A DNA stretch of 64,000 bases from Kiloniellaceae bacterium (GTDB lineage: Bacteria; Pseudomonadota; Alphaproteobacteria; Kiloniellales; J153), in contig JAJFGO010000044.1 of NCBI GenBank assembly GCA_021776095.1, positions 39,080 to 103,079 on the forward strand. Direction: 5' to 3'. The notes beneath the pieces were generated by a model. That model saw only the letters and a list, made by a program, of their open reading frames with translations. It had not been told where the DNA came from and did not search any database. The translations under genes were made by a program, and so were the position numbers. Of this stretch, positions 45,359-54,938 are shown piece by piece (within the stretch, counting starts at the first letter, position 1; each line of letters begins with the position of its first letter).

Positions 45359-45462
45359 TTGCGCGCCGCCGCGGCCTTAGACTTGCCTGCCTAAAATGGT
45401 ATGTGATGGACGACTGGCGCGAGCGGCCGGCCGCGCCGCCATTTACAGCGCCGGGGGGCGGG

Positions 45463-46995
45463 ATGGTCGCGCGGGTCAATACGGTCGCGTTCCAGGGGGT
45501 CGAGGTCGTCGACGTCGACGCCCAGGTCCAAATGGCCAGCGGCATGCCCGCCTTCACCGTGGTCGGCCTGCCCGACAAGGCGGTCGGCGAAAGCCGCGAG
45601 CGGGTCCGCGCCGCTCTGAACGCCCTGGGCTTGGCTCTGCCGCCCAAGCGCATCACCGTGAACCTGGCCCCGGCCGACCTTCTGAAAGAGGGCAGCCATT
45701 TCGATCTGCCGATCGCGCTCGGCCTCTTGGTCGCCATGGGCGTGCTGCCGGGCGACGAGATCGGCGGTTATTGCGCGCTGGGCGAATTGGCGCTCGACGG
45801 GCGGATCAGCGGCGTGGCCGGGGTTCTGCCGGCGGCCTTGCATGCCCTGGCCCACGAGCGCGGCCTCATTTGCCCGGCACGCCAGGGCGGCGAGGCCGCC
45901 TGGGCCAACGGCATCGAGGTGCTGGCGCCGGACTCCCTGTTGGCGCTGATCAATCACTTCAAGGGCACCCAGGTGCTCACGTCCCCCACCCCGGCCTTGG
46001 CAGACCCGCCGGGCGCGGGCGCGGCTGGGCTCGACCTGAAGGACATCAAGGGCCAGGAAACCGCCAAGCGCGCGCTCGAAGTTGCCGCGGCCGGCGGCCA
46101 CAATCTCCTGATGGTGGGCCCGCCCGGCGCCGGCAAGTCCATGCTGGCGCAGCGCCTGCCCGGCATCCTGCCGCCGCTGTCGCCCGCCGAGGCCCTGGAA
46201 GTCAGCATGATCCATTCGGTCGCCGGGCAACTGGAGGGCGGGCAACTGTTGCGGGAGCGCCCGTTCCGCGACCCGCACCATTCGGCCTCCCTGGCCGCTC
46301 TGGCCGGCGGCGGCCAGCGCGCCCGGCCGGGGGAAATCTCGCTCGCCCATCTGGGGGTGCTGTTCCTGGACGAGTTGCCGGAGTTTACGCGCCCGACCCT
46401 GGAAGCCCTGCGCCAGCCCATGGAGACCGGGCGGATTGCCATCGCACGCGCCAACATGCACGTGACCTATCCGTCGCGGGTGCAACTGGTCGCCGCCATG
46501 AACCCCTGCCGCTGCGGCCACCTGGACGACCCGGCCCTGGCCTGCTCGCGCGCGCCCAAATGCGCGCTCGACTATCAGTCCAAAATTTCCGGGCCGCTGT
46601 TCGACCGGATCGATCTTCATGTGGAGGTCGCGGCGGTCAGCCCGGCCGATTTGTCCCTGCCGCCGCCGGCAGAAGGTTCCAACGAGATCGCCCCGCGCGT
46701 CGCCATTGCGCGCGAGCGCCAGACCGCGCGCTTCCGCGACCTGCCGGCCGAGCGCCGCCCGCGCACCAACGCCGAGGCCGACGGCACCCTACTGGAAGAG
46801 ATCGCGGCGCCCGACGATGCGGGACGCGCCCTGCTGAACCAGGCGGCGGAGCGCATGAAGCTGACCGCGCGCGGCTATCACCGGGTGTTGCGCGTGGCAC
46901 GCACCCTGGCCGACCTGGAGGGCGCGGAGACCGTGCGCCGCACCCAAATCGCCGAAGCCCTAACCTATCGCCGCGTCGCGCCGGGGCGGGGCTAG
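45463..46995 (+). CDS. comM: YifB/ComM family Mg-chelatase-like AAA+ ATPase
   Basis: MVARVNTVAFQGVEVVDVDAQVQMASGMPAFTVVGLPDKAVGESRERV (Lon-like N-domain), Walker A GPPGAGKSM, ...GVLFLDELPEF..., ...HRVLRVARTLADLEG. The start ATG at 45463 follows a G-rich RBS. The upstream extension to 45217 was rejected. Confidence 0.9.
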   Translation: MVARVNTVAFQGVEVVDVDAQVQMASGMPAFTVVGLPDKAVGESRERVRAALNALGLALPPKRITVNLAPADLLKEGSHFDLPIALGLLVAMGVLPGDEIGGYCALGELALDGRISGVAGVLPAALHALAHERGLICPARQGGEAAWANGIEVLAPDSLLALINHFKGTQVLTSPTPALADPPGAGAAGLDLKDIKGQETAKRALEVAAAGGHNLLMVGPPGAGKSMLAQRLPGILPPLSPAEALEVSMIHSVAGQLEGGQLLRERPFRDPHHSASLAALAGGGQRARPGEISLAHLGVLFLDELPEFTRPTLEALRQPMETGRIAIARANMHVTYPSRVQLVAAMNPCRCGHLDDPALACSRAPKCALDYQSKISGPLFDRIDLHVEVAAVSPADLSLPPPAEGSNEIAPRVAIARERQTARFRDLPAERRPRTNAEADGTLLEEIAAPDDAGRALLNQAAERMKLTARGYHRVLRVARTLADLEGAETVRRTQIAEALTYRRVAPGRG

Positions 46996-47005
46996 ACGCC
47001 CGCCC

Positions 47006-47866
47006 TCACCCTCTGCCGGGCCCGCCAGGGCCGCCGCGCCGGGCGATGAGGCCCTTGGCGGGATCGTAGGCGCGGATGGCGGCGCCGAGGAACACGGCGG
47101 TGCAGGCGGCGACGACCCCGAGCGCGGTCCAATTGACCTGGCCGTAGAGCGCGAAGCGAATCAACTCCACCGCGTAGGTGAAAGGATTGAAGGCGCAGAT
47201 GTCGTGCAGCAGGGGGCTGGTCTCCGCCAGACGCCACAGGGGATAGAGCGCCGACGAGGCGAAGAACATGGGGAATATGACGAAGTTCATGATGCCGGCG
47301 AAGTTTTCGAGCTGCTTGATCGCCGAGGACAACAACATGCCGAGCGCGCCCAGCATCATGCCCGAGATAATCAACGCCGGCAGCACGGCGAAATAACCGA
47401 GCGGCGGCGGCCGCACGTCCCAGAACCAGGCGATGGCGAAAAACACATAGACCTGAAGCAGCGACACGGCGACCCCGGCCAAAAGCTTGGCGGTCAAAAG
47501 AAACCAGCGCGGGAAGGGGCTGATCAAAAGCGTGCGCATACTACCCATTTCCCGGTCGTAGACCATGGACAGGGACGACTGCATGCCGTTGAAAAGCTGA
47601 ACCATCGCGACCAGGCCGGGCGCGATGTAAACCTCGTAGAGCACATAGGTCTCGTAGGGCGGCGCGATCGACACGCCGAGCACCGAGCGGAATCCGGCGG
47701 CGAAGATAAACAGCCAAACCAGCGGCCGCACCAAGGCGGCGACGAAGCGTTCGCGCTGATGCAGAAAGCGCAAGCCTTCGCGCCACACGATGCCGCGCAG
47801 GCACACCAGATAGGCGGCGGGGCGCGGCGGCGAGGGTGCGTCGATCGCGGCCGTTGGCGCGCTCAT
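47006..47866 (-). CDS. ABC-2 type transporter permease
   Basis: 286 aa from the ATG at 47866, with six hydrophobic segments and the ABC-2 pattern (REMGSMRTLLISP...). ATGA overlap with the upstream ATPase gene. The long track ORF (to 48556) is a frame artefact. Confidence 0.85.
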   Translation of the reverse strand: MSAPTAAIDAPSPPRPAAYLVCLRGIVWREGLRFLHQRERFVAALVRPLVWLFIFAAGFRSVLGVSIAPPYETYVLYEVYIAPGLVAMVQLFNGMQSSLSMVYDREMGSMRTLLISPFPRWFLLTAKLLAGVAVSLLQVYVFFAIAWFWDVRPPPLGYFAVLPALIISGMMLGALGMLLSSAIKQLENFAGIMNFVIFPMFFASSALYPLWRLAETSPLLHDICAFNPFTYAVELIRFALYGQVNWTALGVVAACTAVFLGAAIRAYDPAKGLIARRGGPGGPGRG

Positions 47867-48639
47867 GCCTGGGTCGCCTCGCCGGTCGCAACCGTGGCGC
47901 ACGAATCGCGGGTCAGTTTTAGGAAGGCCTCGCGGATGTCGCCGGCCCCGGCCGCCGCAATTACTTCGTCGCGCGCACCTTGCGCCAGCACGCGGCCCAG
48001 GTGCAGCACCACCACCTGGGACGATGGCAAGACTTCGTCGATCAGGTGGGTCGCCCAAAGCACTGCCAGGCCCTGGTCGCGGCATAGGTGCTGGACGTGA
48101 TCCATGATGGCTTGGCGCGAGTCCATGTCGAGCCCGGCCGTGGGTTCGTCGAGCAAGAGCAAACGCGGCCGGTGCAAAAGCGCGCGGGCGATTTCGACCC
48201 GGCGCATCTGCCCGCCCGACAGCTTGCGCACCTTGTCGCCGGCCCGCTCCACCAGGCCGAGACGGGTCAATTCCTCCTCTGCGCGACGCTTGGCTTGGCC
48301 GGCCGGCAGACCGTGCAACGCCCCGTGATAGATCAGATTCTGCAGGACCGAAAGATCGAGATCGAGGGTGCGTTGCTGAAACACCACGCCCAGGTGCCGA
48401 AGTGCGGGACGCGGCTGGCACCGCACGTCGTGGCCGAAGACCCGAATGTGGCCGCTGGCGTTGTCGTAAAGCCGGGTGATGAGGGAAAACAGAGTGGTCT
48501 TGCCGGCGCCGTTCAAGCCGAGCAAAACGCAATGCTGGGATGGCGCGATCGCGCAAGTCACCTGATCGAGCGCCTGGCGCGCGCCAAAGGCGTGTGACAG
48601 CGAATCAATTTCCAGCGCCGGAATGGCCGTGGCGGTCAT
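47863..48639 (-). CDS. ABC transporter ATP-binding protein (ABC-2 / DrrA-NodI type)
   Basis: Walker A GLNGAGKTT, signature LSGGQMRRVEIARAL, Walker B LLLLDEPTAGLD. Confidence 0.9.
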   Translation of the reverse strand: MTATAIPALEIDSLSHAFGARQALDQVTCAIAPSQHCVLLGLNGAGKTTLFSLITRLYDNASGHIRVFGHDVRCQPRPALRHLGVVFQQRTLDLDLSVLQNLIYHGALHGLPAGQAKRRAEEELTRLGLVERAGDKVRKLSGGQMRRVEIARALLHRPRLLLLDEPTAGLDMDSRQAIMDHVQHLCRDQGLAVLWATHLIDEVLPSSQVVVLHLGRVLAQGARDEVIAAAGAGDIREAFLKLTRDSCATVATGEATQA

Positions 48640-48741
48640 GAAACCAGATTAGGCACGCGCCAATCCGGCCTGCAAGCTGACTAACCCGGCCCAGGGCGGC
48701 GGAATCGCGGCGCCGCCGTTCCCTTAGACCCGGTTAGCGTC

Positions 48742-49287
48742 TCAGCGCGGCTTGATGGTCTCGAAGGCCGCGCGGGTCGCGTCCTCGAACGGGCTCCAGC
48801 ACTCGCGGCTGACCTTGGCGGAGAGGTTGAGCAACTTCGCCATCTCATCCGCATAGTGCTGCATGGCCTGCTGCGCGAAGTCGCTGTGCGCCTGCATCGC
48901 CTCTTGCATGTTCGTGCACTGGCTCAGGGCCTCTTGGTGTTCCAGGTCCCGGTTCAGGCGCGCGTTGCCGAACTCCATCACCTCGCGCTGCAAGCTGGCC
49001 ATGCTGTCCAGCATGGTCCGGTTCATCTTGGCCAGGGCGTCCAACGCTTCGGTGTTGGTCATGGACTCCCAAACGTCGAAAGCTTGCGCCTCGGTCTCGG
49101 TCGATTTCGGGGCTTTCGGCGTTTCCGGCTTCTCGCTGGTTTCAGCCGTTTCGGAGGCGAGTCGCGGACGCGCCTCCACCACTGTCGCCTTAGGGGTTTT
49201 CAGTTGTGCCGCCTGGGGTGCGGTCTCGCCGATGTCTTCGGGTGAAGCTTCGGGAATCGCTTGGATTTTCTGGGATTGCCGTGCCAT
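48742..49287 (-). CDS. phasin family (PHA-granule-associated) protein with acidic/Pro-rich N-terminal extension
   Basis: The C-terminal about 110 aa (..ALDALAKMNRTMLDSMASLQREVMEFGNARLNRDLEHQEALSQCTNMQEAMQAHSDFAQQAMQHYADEMAKLLNLSAKVS..) fit the alphaproteobacterial phasin helix pattern. Confidence 0.65.
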   Translation of the reverse strand: MARQSQKIQAIPEASPEDIGETAPQAAQLKTPKATVVEARPRLASETAETSEKPETPKAPKSTETEAQAFDVWESMTNTEALDALAKMNRTMLDSMASLQREVMEFGNARLNRDLEHQEALSQCTNMQEAMQAHSDFAQQAMQHYADEMAKLLNLSAKVSRECWSPFEDATRAAFETIKPR

Positions 49288-49387
49288 GTCAGAGTCTCCG
49301 CCAAAGAGGTCTCGCGGCCGTTACCGCCGTCAAACGTGACCCTGAAGAGCACCCTTTGCCGGGCGGCGCGTGGCCAGCCTTATTAGA

Positions 49388-49416
49388 TATTTAGAAATCG
49401 TTAACCATAAATGCAA
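49388..49416 (-). promoter_or_regulatory. candidate sigma70-type promoter for the phasin gene
   Basis: On the minus strand: TTGCAT (49416-49411), a 17-nt spacer, then TAAATA (49393-49388). It lies in the only strongly AT-rich patch of the intergenic region, about 100 nt upstream of the ATG at 49287. Confidence 0.35.
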
Positions 49417-49538
49417 TAGGGTTTTTTGCCGCCATTCAGGCGCGCAGTCCTGCGATGTGCACAAAGTCACAATCCGGCCGGCGCAGTGGCAGATTTCCGC
49501 GATTTAGTTGTCCACAGTGGGCGGACTCCGCCGGGATG

Positions 49539-49907
49539 TTATTTATCGGCCGGCTTGATCATGCGGCCCAGGTTTTTGCCGGCGAAGATGTGCAGATGGA
49601 AATGCGGAACTTCTTGATGGGCGTCGCGCCCGGTGTTCGCCAAAATCCGATAGCCGTTTGCGTCCAGGCCGGCGTCGCGCGCGATCTTGCCGGCAGCGCG
49701 CACCAAAGCGGCGACTTCGCCGTCGCTCGCCTTTTGCGAAAAGTCGTCGTAGGAGATATAGGCGCCCTTGGGAATCACCAAGATGTGGGTCGGGGTTTGC
49801 GGGTTGATATCGTTGAACGCCAGGACGTGTTCATCCTCGTAAACCTTGTCGCAGGGAATTTCGCCGCGAATGATCTTGGCGAAGATGTTGCCGGAGTCGT
49901 AAGCCAT
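49539..49907 (-). CDS. HIT (histidine triad) family protein
   Basis: ...FNDINPQTPTHILVIPK...GRDAHQEVPHFHLHIFAG contains the HxHxHxx histidine triad. Confidence 0.9.
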   Translation of the reverse strand: MAYDSGNIFAKIIRGEIPCDKVYEDEHVLAFNDINPQTPTHILVIPKGAYISYDDFSQKASDGEVAALVRAAGKIARDAGLDANGYRILANTGRDAHQEVPHFHLHIFAGKNLGRMIKPADK

Positions 49908-49955
49908 GGCCGCGCGGCCTCCCTTCCCTGTAAATGGCGTGCGGGTCTCGGGTCA

Positions 49956-50309
49956 TTAGGACCCTGACCGCGAGGCCTTTTCTGTAATCCCCGAGAACCC
50001 TTGGCGGGCCCTGAGCGCGCCCCACACGACGTCCGGTTCAAGGCCGCGCGCCGACCAGAGCACCAGCAGATGATACAAGAGATCGGCGCTTTCAGCGGCC
50101 AGCGCCGCTTTGTCGCCGGCAACCCCCTCGATCACGGTTTCGACCGCTTCCTCGCCGAGCTTTTGGGCGATCTTGTTGGTGCCCTTCTTGAGCAGCTTCG
50201 CGGTGTGCGAAACCTCCGGGTCGGCGCCGTGCCGGCTCGCGATCACCTGGAAAAGCTCGTCCAGCACATGGCCGTTGAGACCGGGCCCTTTGTCTTTTTT
50301 GCCACTCAT
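49956..50309 (-). CDS. hisE: phosphoribosyl-ATP pyrophosphatase
   Basis: [28 protein letters not shown]...[13 protein letters not shown] is the HisE signature. Confidence 0.9.
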   Translation of the reverse strand: MSGKKDKGPGLNGHVLDELFQVIASRHGADPEVSHTAKLLKKGTNKIAQKLGEEAVETVIEGVAGDKAALAAESADLLYHLLVLWSARGLEPDVVWGALRARQGFSGITEKASRSGS

Positions 50310-50377
50310 TCAGGCGTCCCCGTTTGGTTCCGGACCATCGGTATCAAGAATTCGCGCGCCTGTCAGCATGCGGCGTA

Positions 50378-51154
50378 TCAGGAGATCGGCCGTACCGGCA
50401 CCCCGGCGGCGGCGAGCGCGGCCTTGGCCTCACCGATCGAGTACTCACCGAAGTGAAAGATCGAGGCGGCCAGAACCGCCGCGGCATGCCCGTCGCGAAC
50501 CCCTTCGACCAAATGGGCCAGCTCGCCGACCCCGCCCGAGGCAATCACCGGAACCGTGACCGCATCGGCGATCATACGCGTCAAATCGAGGTCGTAGCCC
50601 TGCTTGGTGCCGTCCCGGTCCATGGAGGTCAGGAGGATTTCGCCGGCCCCCAGGTCAACCAAACGGCGCGCCCAGGCCAGAGCGTCGAGCCCGGTTGCGT
50701 CGCGCCCGCCGTGAATGAAGACCTCGTAGCCGCTGGCAAACGCGGGATCGGAGTTCCGCTTGGCGTCGATCGCGACCACGATGCACTGGCTGCCGAATTT
50801 TTCCGCCGCCGCGCGGACCAGGTCCGGCGATTTGACCGCGGCGGTGTTGATCGCGACCTTGTCGGCCCCGGCCAAAAGCAGCGCGCGGATATCCTCGACC
50901 GCCCGCACCCCGCCGCCCACGGTCAGGGGCATGAAGCATTGTTCCGCCGTGCGCGCCACCACATCCAAAATAATACCGCGATTTTCGTGGCTGGCGGTGA
51001 TGTCGAGGAAGGTCAGTTCGTCGGCGCCCGCCGCGTCGTAGAGGCGCGCCTGTTCGACCGGATCGCCGGCGTCGCGCAGGTCGACGAAGTTGACCCCCTT
51101 GACCACCCGCCCGTCTTTCACGTCGAGGCAGGGAATGATCCGCGCCTTGAGCAT
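50378..51154 (-). CDS. hisF: imidazole glycerol phosphate synthase, cyclase subunit
   Basis: [23 protein letters not shown]...LTVGGGVR...[11 protein letters not shown]...[18 protein letters not shown]...ASGG. Confidence 0.95.
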   Translation of the reverse strand: MLKARIIPCLDVKDGRVVKGVNFVDLRDAGDPVEQARLYDAAGADELTFLDITASHENRGIILDVVARTAEQCFMPLTVGGGVRAVEDIRALLLAGADKVAINTAAVKSPDLVRAAAEKFGSQCIVVAIDAKRNSDPAFASGYEVFIHGGRDATGLDALAWARRLVDLGAGEILLTSMDRDGTKQGYDLDLTRMIADAVTVPVIASGGVGELAHLVEGVRDGHAAAVLAASIFHFGEYSIGEAKAALAAAGVPVRPIS

Positions 51155-51888
51155 CAGGCGGCTTTAGACTTGGCCAGGGCCAGGGCGCTGGCCGGGTCGA
51201 TGCGCCCGTCATAGAGCGCGCGGCCACAGATAACGCCTTCGATCCCGGTGTCCTCGACCGCCATAAGGGCGGCGATGTCGTCCAGGGAGGCGACCCCGCC
51301 GGATGCGATTATCGGTACCGGCACGGCGCGCGCCAATTCGCAAGTCGCCGCCACATTCACGCCCTGCAAGGCGCCGTCGCGGTCGATGTCGGTGTAGACG
51401 ATGGCGGCCACGCCGGCGTCGACGAACTGCCGGGCCAGATCGACCGCCTCCAAGGCGCTCTCCTCGGCCCAGCCCTTGACCGCGACCCGGCCCGCGCGCG
51501 CATCGATGCCGACCGCGACTTGCCCGGGGAAGCGGCGGCAGGCATCGCGCACCAACTGCGGTTGCTCGACCGCGGCGGTGCCCAGGATGACCCGGCGCAC
51601 GCCAGCGGCGAGCCAGCCTTCGACGGTCGCCATGTCGCGGATACCGCCGCCCAGTTGCACCGGCACCTCAACCGCCGCCAGGATGCCCTCAACCGCGGCA
51701 CGGTTCATGGGCTGACCGGCAAAGGCGCCGTCCAGATCGACCAAGTGCAGCCAGGAAAACCCGGCCGCGGCGAAACTGCGCGCCTGGGCCGCCGGATCCT
51801 CGTTGAAAACGGTGGCGCTGTCCATCTCGCCGCGCAGCAGGCGCACGGCTTGGCCCGCCTTCAAATCGATCGCCGGGTAGACAATCAT
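51154..51888 (-). CDS. hisA: 1-(5-phosphoribosyl)-5-[(5-phosphoribosylamino)methylideneamino]imidazole-4-carboxamide isomerase
   Basis: [22 protein letters not shown]...HLVDLDGA...QLGGGIR...VILGTAA...[12 protein letters not shown]...ASGGV. Confidence 0.95.
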   Translation of the reverse strand: MIVYPAIDLKAGQAVRLLRGEMDSATVFNEDPAAQARSFAAAGFSWLHLVDLDGAFAGQPMNRAAVEGILAAVEVPVQLGGGIRDMATVEGWLAAGVRRVILGTAAVEQPQLVRDACRRFPGQVAVGIDARAGRVAVKGWAEESALEAVDLARQFVDAGVAAIVYTDIDRDGALQGVNVAATCELARAVPVPIIASGGVASLDDIAALMAVEDTGIEGVICGRALYDGRIDPASALALAKSKAA

Positions 51889-52481
51889 GCCAATCCGGTC
51901 TCTTCGCTCAGGTCCTTAAAGTAGTACAATCCGGTCTGCCAGCGATCGTCGACCAGGGCATAGTTCGGATGGGTGCCCCAGCGCCGGTATCCCATGGATT
52001 CATAAAGCGCGATTGCGGCCTCTTGGGTTTCGCGCACGTCCAAGTTCAAGATCCGCAATCCAGCGGCGCGCGCCGTTTCTTCGACCTTGAGCACGACCAT
52101 GCGCGCCAAGCCGTGGCCGCGCGCCCAGGGCGCGATGAAGGAGGTCGTGAGCTGGCCGACCGTTTCCTGGGCCTCGTTGTAGCGCGGGGGACGCACCAAC
52201 TGCGCCGAACCGGCGATGGTTTGATCCAGGCGCGCGGCGAAGAGATCGCGCTCGGGCACCAGCAGCACGCCCCGCCAGTAGGTTTCCATGACATGACGCG
52301 GCGGCGGCTTCAGCCAGCCGAAGCCGCCACCGTCGGAGATCGCCGCCTCGGCCGCGTCGCAGAGATCGTGCAGATCGGGCCCGGAAAACTCGGTCACGCG
52401 CTCAACCACGGTGGACGGCGCTTTGGTCCCCGCCCTATCGCCCTCGTTCTTCGGGTCTTGACCAAGGCTCATGGAGACCAC
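51885..52481 (-). CDS. GNAT family N-acetyltransferase embedded in the his operon
   Basis: ...[55 protein letters not shown] is the GNAT motif A/B region. It overlaps hisH (13 nt) and hisA (4 nt). Confidence 0.8.
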   Translation of the reverse strand: MVSMSLGQDPKNEGDRAGTKAPSTVVERVTEFSGPDLHDLCDAAEAAISDGGGFGWLKPPPRHVMETYWRGVLLVPERDLFAARLDQTIAGSAQLVRPPRYNEAQETVGQLTTSFIAPWARGHGLARMVVLKVEETARAAGLRILNLDVRETQEAAIALYESMGYRRWGTHPNYALVDDRWQTGLYYFKDLSEETGLA

Positions 52482-53113
52482 CTCAGGAAGTTCTGCAGAA
52501 GGCGCAGGCCCGCCGCCTGGCTCTTCTCGGGATGAAACTGCGTGCCGATCATATTAGCGCGACCCACCACCGCCGTAACCCGCCCAGCGTAATCGACCTC
52601 GGCCAAGATCTGGCCGGGGTCCTCGGGCCGCAAATGATAGCTGTGTACGAAGTAGACATGGGGGCTCTGTCCCAGGCCCGCCAGCACGGGATGGTCCGTG
52701 GCGGCGATTCGTAAGTTGTTCCAACCCATGTGCGGTATCTTGAGGGCCGGATCCTGTGGCTCGAGGGGCACAACCTCGCCCGGAATCCACCCCAAGCCCG
52801 CATGGTCGCCATGTTCGCGCCCGACCCCGGCCATCAGCTGCATGCCGACGCAGATGCCCAAAAACGGCCGGCCCTTAGCGATCACCGCCTCTTGCAGGGC
52901 CGCGACCATGCCGGGCACGGCGTCGAGCCCGCGGCGGCAATCGCCGAAAGCGCCGACCCCGGGCAGCACGATCCGGTCCGCCGCCGCCACCGCCTCGGCC
53001 GAGGCGGTCACCGCGACCTGGGCCCGTAGTCCGCCCTCGGCCGCCGCGCGTTCCAGCGCCTTGGCCGCCGAGCGCAAATTGCCCGAGCCATAGTCGACGA
53101 TCGCGACGATCAT
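52469..53113 (-). CDS. hisH: imidazole glycerol phosphate synthase, glutamine amidotransferase subunit
   Basis: [15 protein letters not shown]...LPGVGAFG...GICVGMQL...HMGWN...YFVHSY...FHPEKS. The ATG at 53113 is preferred over the TTG at 53137. Confidence 0.95.
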   Translation of the reverse strand: MIVAIVDYGSGNLRSAAKALERAAAEGGLRAQVAVTASAEAVAAADRIVLPGVGAFGDCRRGLDAVPGMVAALQEAVIAKGRPFLGICVGMQLMAGVGREHGDHAGLGWIPGEVVPLEPQDPALKIPHMGWNNLRIAATDHPVLAGLGQSPHVYFVHSYHLRPEDPGQILAEVDYAGRVTAVVGRANMIGTQFHPEKSQAAGLRLLQNFLRWSP

Positions 53114-53143
53114 GTTCTTTCCCAAGCGAAGGCCCAATGGGCC

Positions 53144-53731
53144 CTACAGCTTACCCTTGGTCGAGGGCACGGCGTCGGCGCGGCGTGGGTCGATTTCGAC
53201 CGCCTGGCGCAAGGCGCGTGCCAGGCCCTTGTAACAGGATTCCACAATGTGGTGCGCGTTCGCGCCATAGACATTCTCGACGTGCAGGGTTAGCCCGGCG
53301 TGCTGGGCGAAGGCCTGGAACCACTCTTTGAACAGCTCGGTATCCATTTCGCCTAGCTTGTCGCGGGGAAAATCCACCCGCCAGATCAGGTAGGGCCGGT
53401 TCGAGACGTCGAGCGCGACCCGGCTCAAGGTCTCGTCCATGGGTATCGTCGCCTCGCCGAAGCGCCGGATGCCCTTGCGATCGCCCAGCGCCTTGGACAC
53501 CGCCTGGCCCAGGGCGATCCCGGTATCCTCGGTGGTGTGGTGGAAGTCGATGTGCAGGTCGCCCTTGGCCCGCAGGGTGATATCGATCAGGCCATGGCGC
53601 GCCAGTTGCTCGATCATATGGTCGAGGAAGCCGATCCCGGTCTTCACGTCGTAGACGCCGCTGCCGTCCAAATTAACTTCGGCGGAAATCTGCGTCTCGG
53701 TGGTCTTACGGTCGATTTTGGCCCGGCGCAT
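53144..53731 (-). CDS. hisB: imidazoleglycerol-phosphate dehydratase
   Basis: [16 protein letters not shown]...[16 protein letters not shown]...[18 protein letters not shown]...NAHHIVES. Confidence 0.95.
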   Translation of the reverse strand: MRRAKIDRKTTETQISAEVNLDGSGVYDVKTGIGFLDHMIEQLARHGLIDITLRAKGDLHIDFHHTTEDTGIALGQAVSKALGDRKGIRRFGEATIPMDETLSRVALDVSNRPYLIWRVDFPRDKLGEMDTELFKEWFQAFAQHAGLTLHVENVYGANAHHIVESCYKGLARALRQAVEIDPRRADAVPSTKGKL

Positions 53732-53856
53732 GGGCAGGTTCTTTCGGCTAGGGGCTGGGGGACGGCGCCCTTTTAACAGGAAGCCGGTGACGGTGCCATC
53801 TTCCTTTGGCCGCGCGGCAAAGCAACGGCGTTTGACGGCCCATGCCCATGGGTGCG

Positions 53857-53933
53857 GCCTTCAACAAGCTCAGGCTGAGGGAAATCGCGCGTGGCATGAG
53901 AAAGGGCCCTCATGCTGAGCCTGTCGAAGCACG
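53857..53933. repeat. palindromic intergenic repeat element, copy 2
   Basis: The arms gccttcaacaagctcaggctgaggg (53857-53881) and ccctcatgctgagcctgtcgaagcacg (53907-53933) belong to the same family and orientation as the copy at 26661-26739, sharing the identical core ctgagcctgtcgaag. Confidence 0.8.
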
Positions 53934-53994
53934 CACCAGGCCGATCCGAGGCTTCCCTTGGCATTGTTGAGGCCCTAAGCGAGCACCCTCGCGA

Positions 53995-54864
53995 TTACCC
54001 CACCGCGTCCCGGCTCCAGGCAACCAGGCCGAAAATCATGTGGTCGACTGCAAGGGTCTCTTCCGGAAAGGCCGTCCGCAGGCTTTGACCCAAGGCGGCC
54101 TCGAAACGCGCCAATGTATCGGGGGCCATGGCCGGCCCGACGAATGCGCTGGCCCGGATCCGGCCCAGCCAGGCCTCGTGGCTATACGGCAAAGGGGTGG
54201 TGAAGGCGAAGGCCTCCCAGTCGTCGAAGCCAGCCGCGCTCAAATCCCGGGTCCATTCCGGATAGCGGAAGGTATTCCATAGTCTCGGCGCGGACTTGGA
54301 GGTTATTTCGGGGCTGAAGCGGCGGATCGCCTGGGTCGAGATCTGAACCACGTTTCCGGGCCGGGAATGCCAATCCAGAGCGGCGATGACGAGGCGGCCC
54401 CCCGGCCGAAGCAGCCGGCGCGCCTCGGCCGCCGCCTTGGGCCGGTCGAACCAATGCCAGCAGGTCGCCGCCGAGACCACGTCGAAGCCGGCGTCAGGCA
54501 GGCCGCTGGCCTCGGCCTGGGCCTGGATGTAATCGATCGAAACCTGAGCCGCTTGGTCCGCCGCGCGTCCCTCGGCCAGAAGTTCGGCCGAGAGGTCGAG
54601 CCCGGTCACGTCGCAGCCGGCCTGGGCGAAGGCGCGGGCCAGCAAGCCGGTGCCGGTGCCCAGATCGAGCACGCGTTGTCCCTTGAGCCCGACCTGGAGC
54701 GCCTTGAGGCGGGCGAAAAATTCAGCCGGGAAGCCTTGCCGCCAGCGCCCGTAGTCGGCCGCCGCCTTGCCGAAATCGACCGGCGGGCGCGGGATGGTCT
54801 GCTCAGGATCGCTGGTCACGGGCCGAAACTCCGGTGCGGGGACGGCAAGCGCCCATGATAGCAT
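53995..54864 (-). CDS. class I SAM-dependent methyltransferase
   Basis: Motif [29 protein letters not shown], with post-I and II regions present. Substrate unknown and start uncertain. Confidence 0.8.
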   Translation of the reverse strand: MLSWALAVPAPEFRPVTSDPEQTIPRPPVDFGKAAADYGRWRQGFPAEFFARLKALQVGLKGQRVLDLGTGTGLLARAFAQAGCDVTGLDLSAELLAEGRAADQAAQVSIDYIQAQAEASGLPDAGFDVVSAATCWHWFDRPKAAAEARRLLRPGGRLVIAALDWHSRPGNVVQISTQAIRRFSPEITSKSAPRLWNTFRYPEWTRDLSAAGFDDWEAFAFTTPLPYSHEAWLGRIRASAFVGPAMAPDTLARFEAALGQSLRTAFPEETLAVDHMIFGLVAWSRDAVG

Positions 54865-54938
54865 CGCCCCGCCGGTCCGGCACCCTGTGCGCCGCCTTCG
54901 CCTTGACCTGGAGGCGCCGACAGGCCATTTGTCACCTC

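Noticed and set aside
45391-47069. Long ORFs (409 aa on the minus strand, 557 aa on the plus strand) overlapping comM.
   Set aside because: Their composition is dominated by R, G, P and A with no motifs. The comM frame carries full-length AAA+/Mg-chelatase-like motifs, so these are shadow ORFs.
47867-48556. The upstream extension of the ABC-2 permease ORF (516 aa in the track).
   Set aside because: The extension runs through the ABC ATPase gene in another frame. The permease starts at the ATG at 47866, with an ATGA overlap to the ATPase stop.
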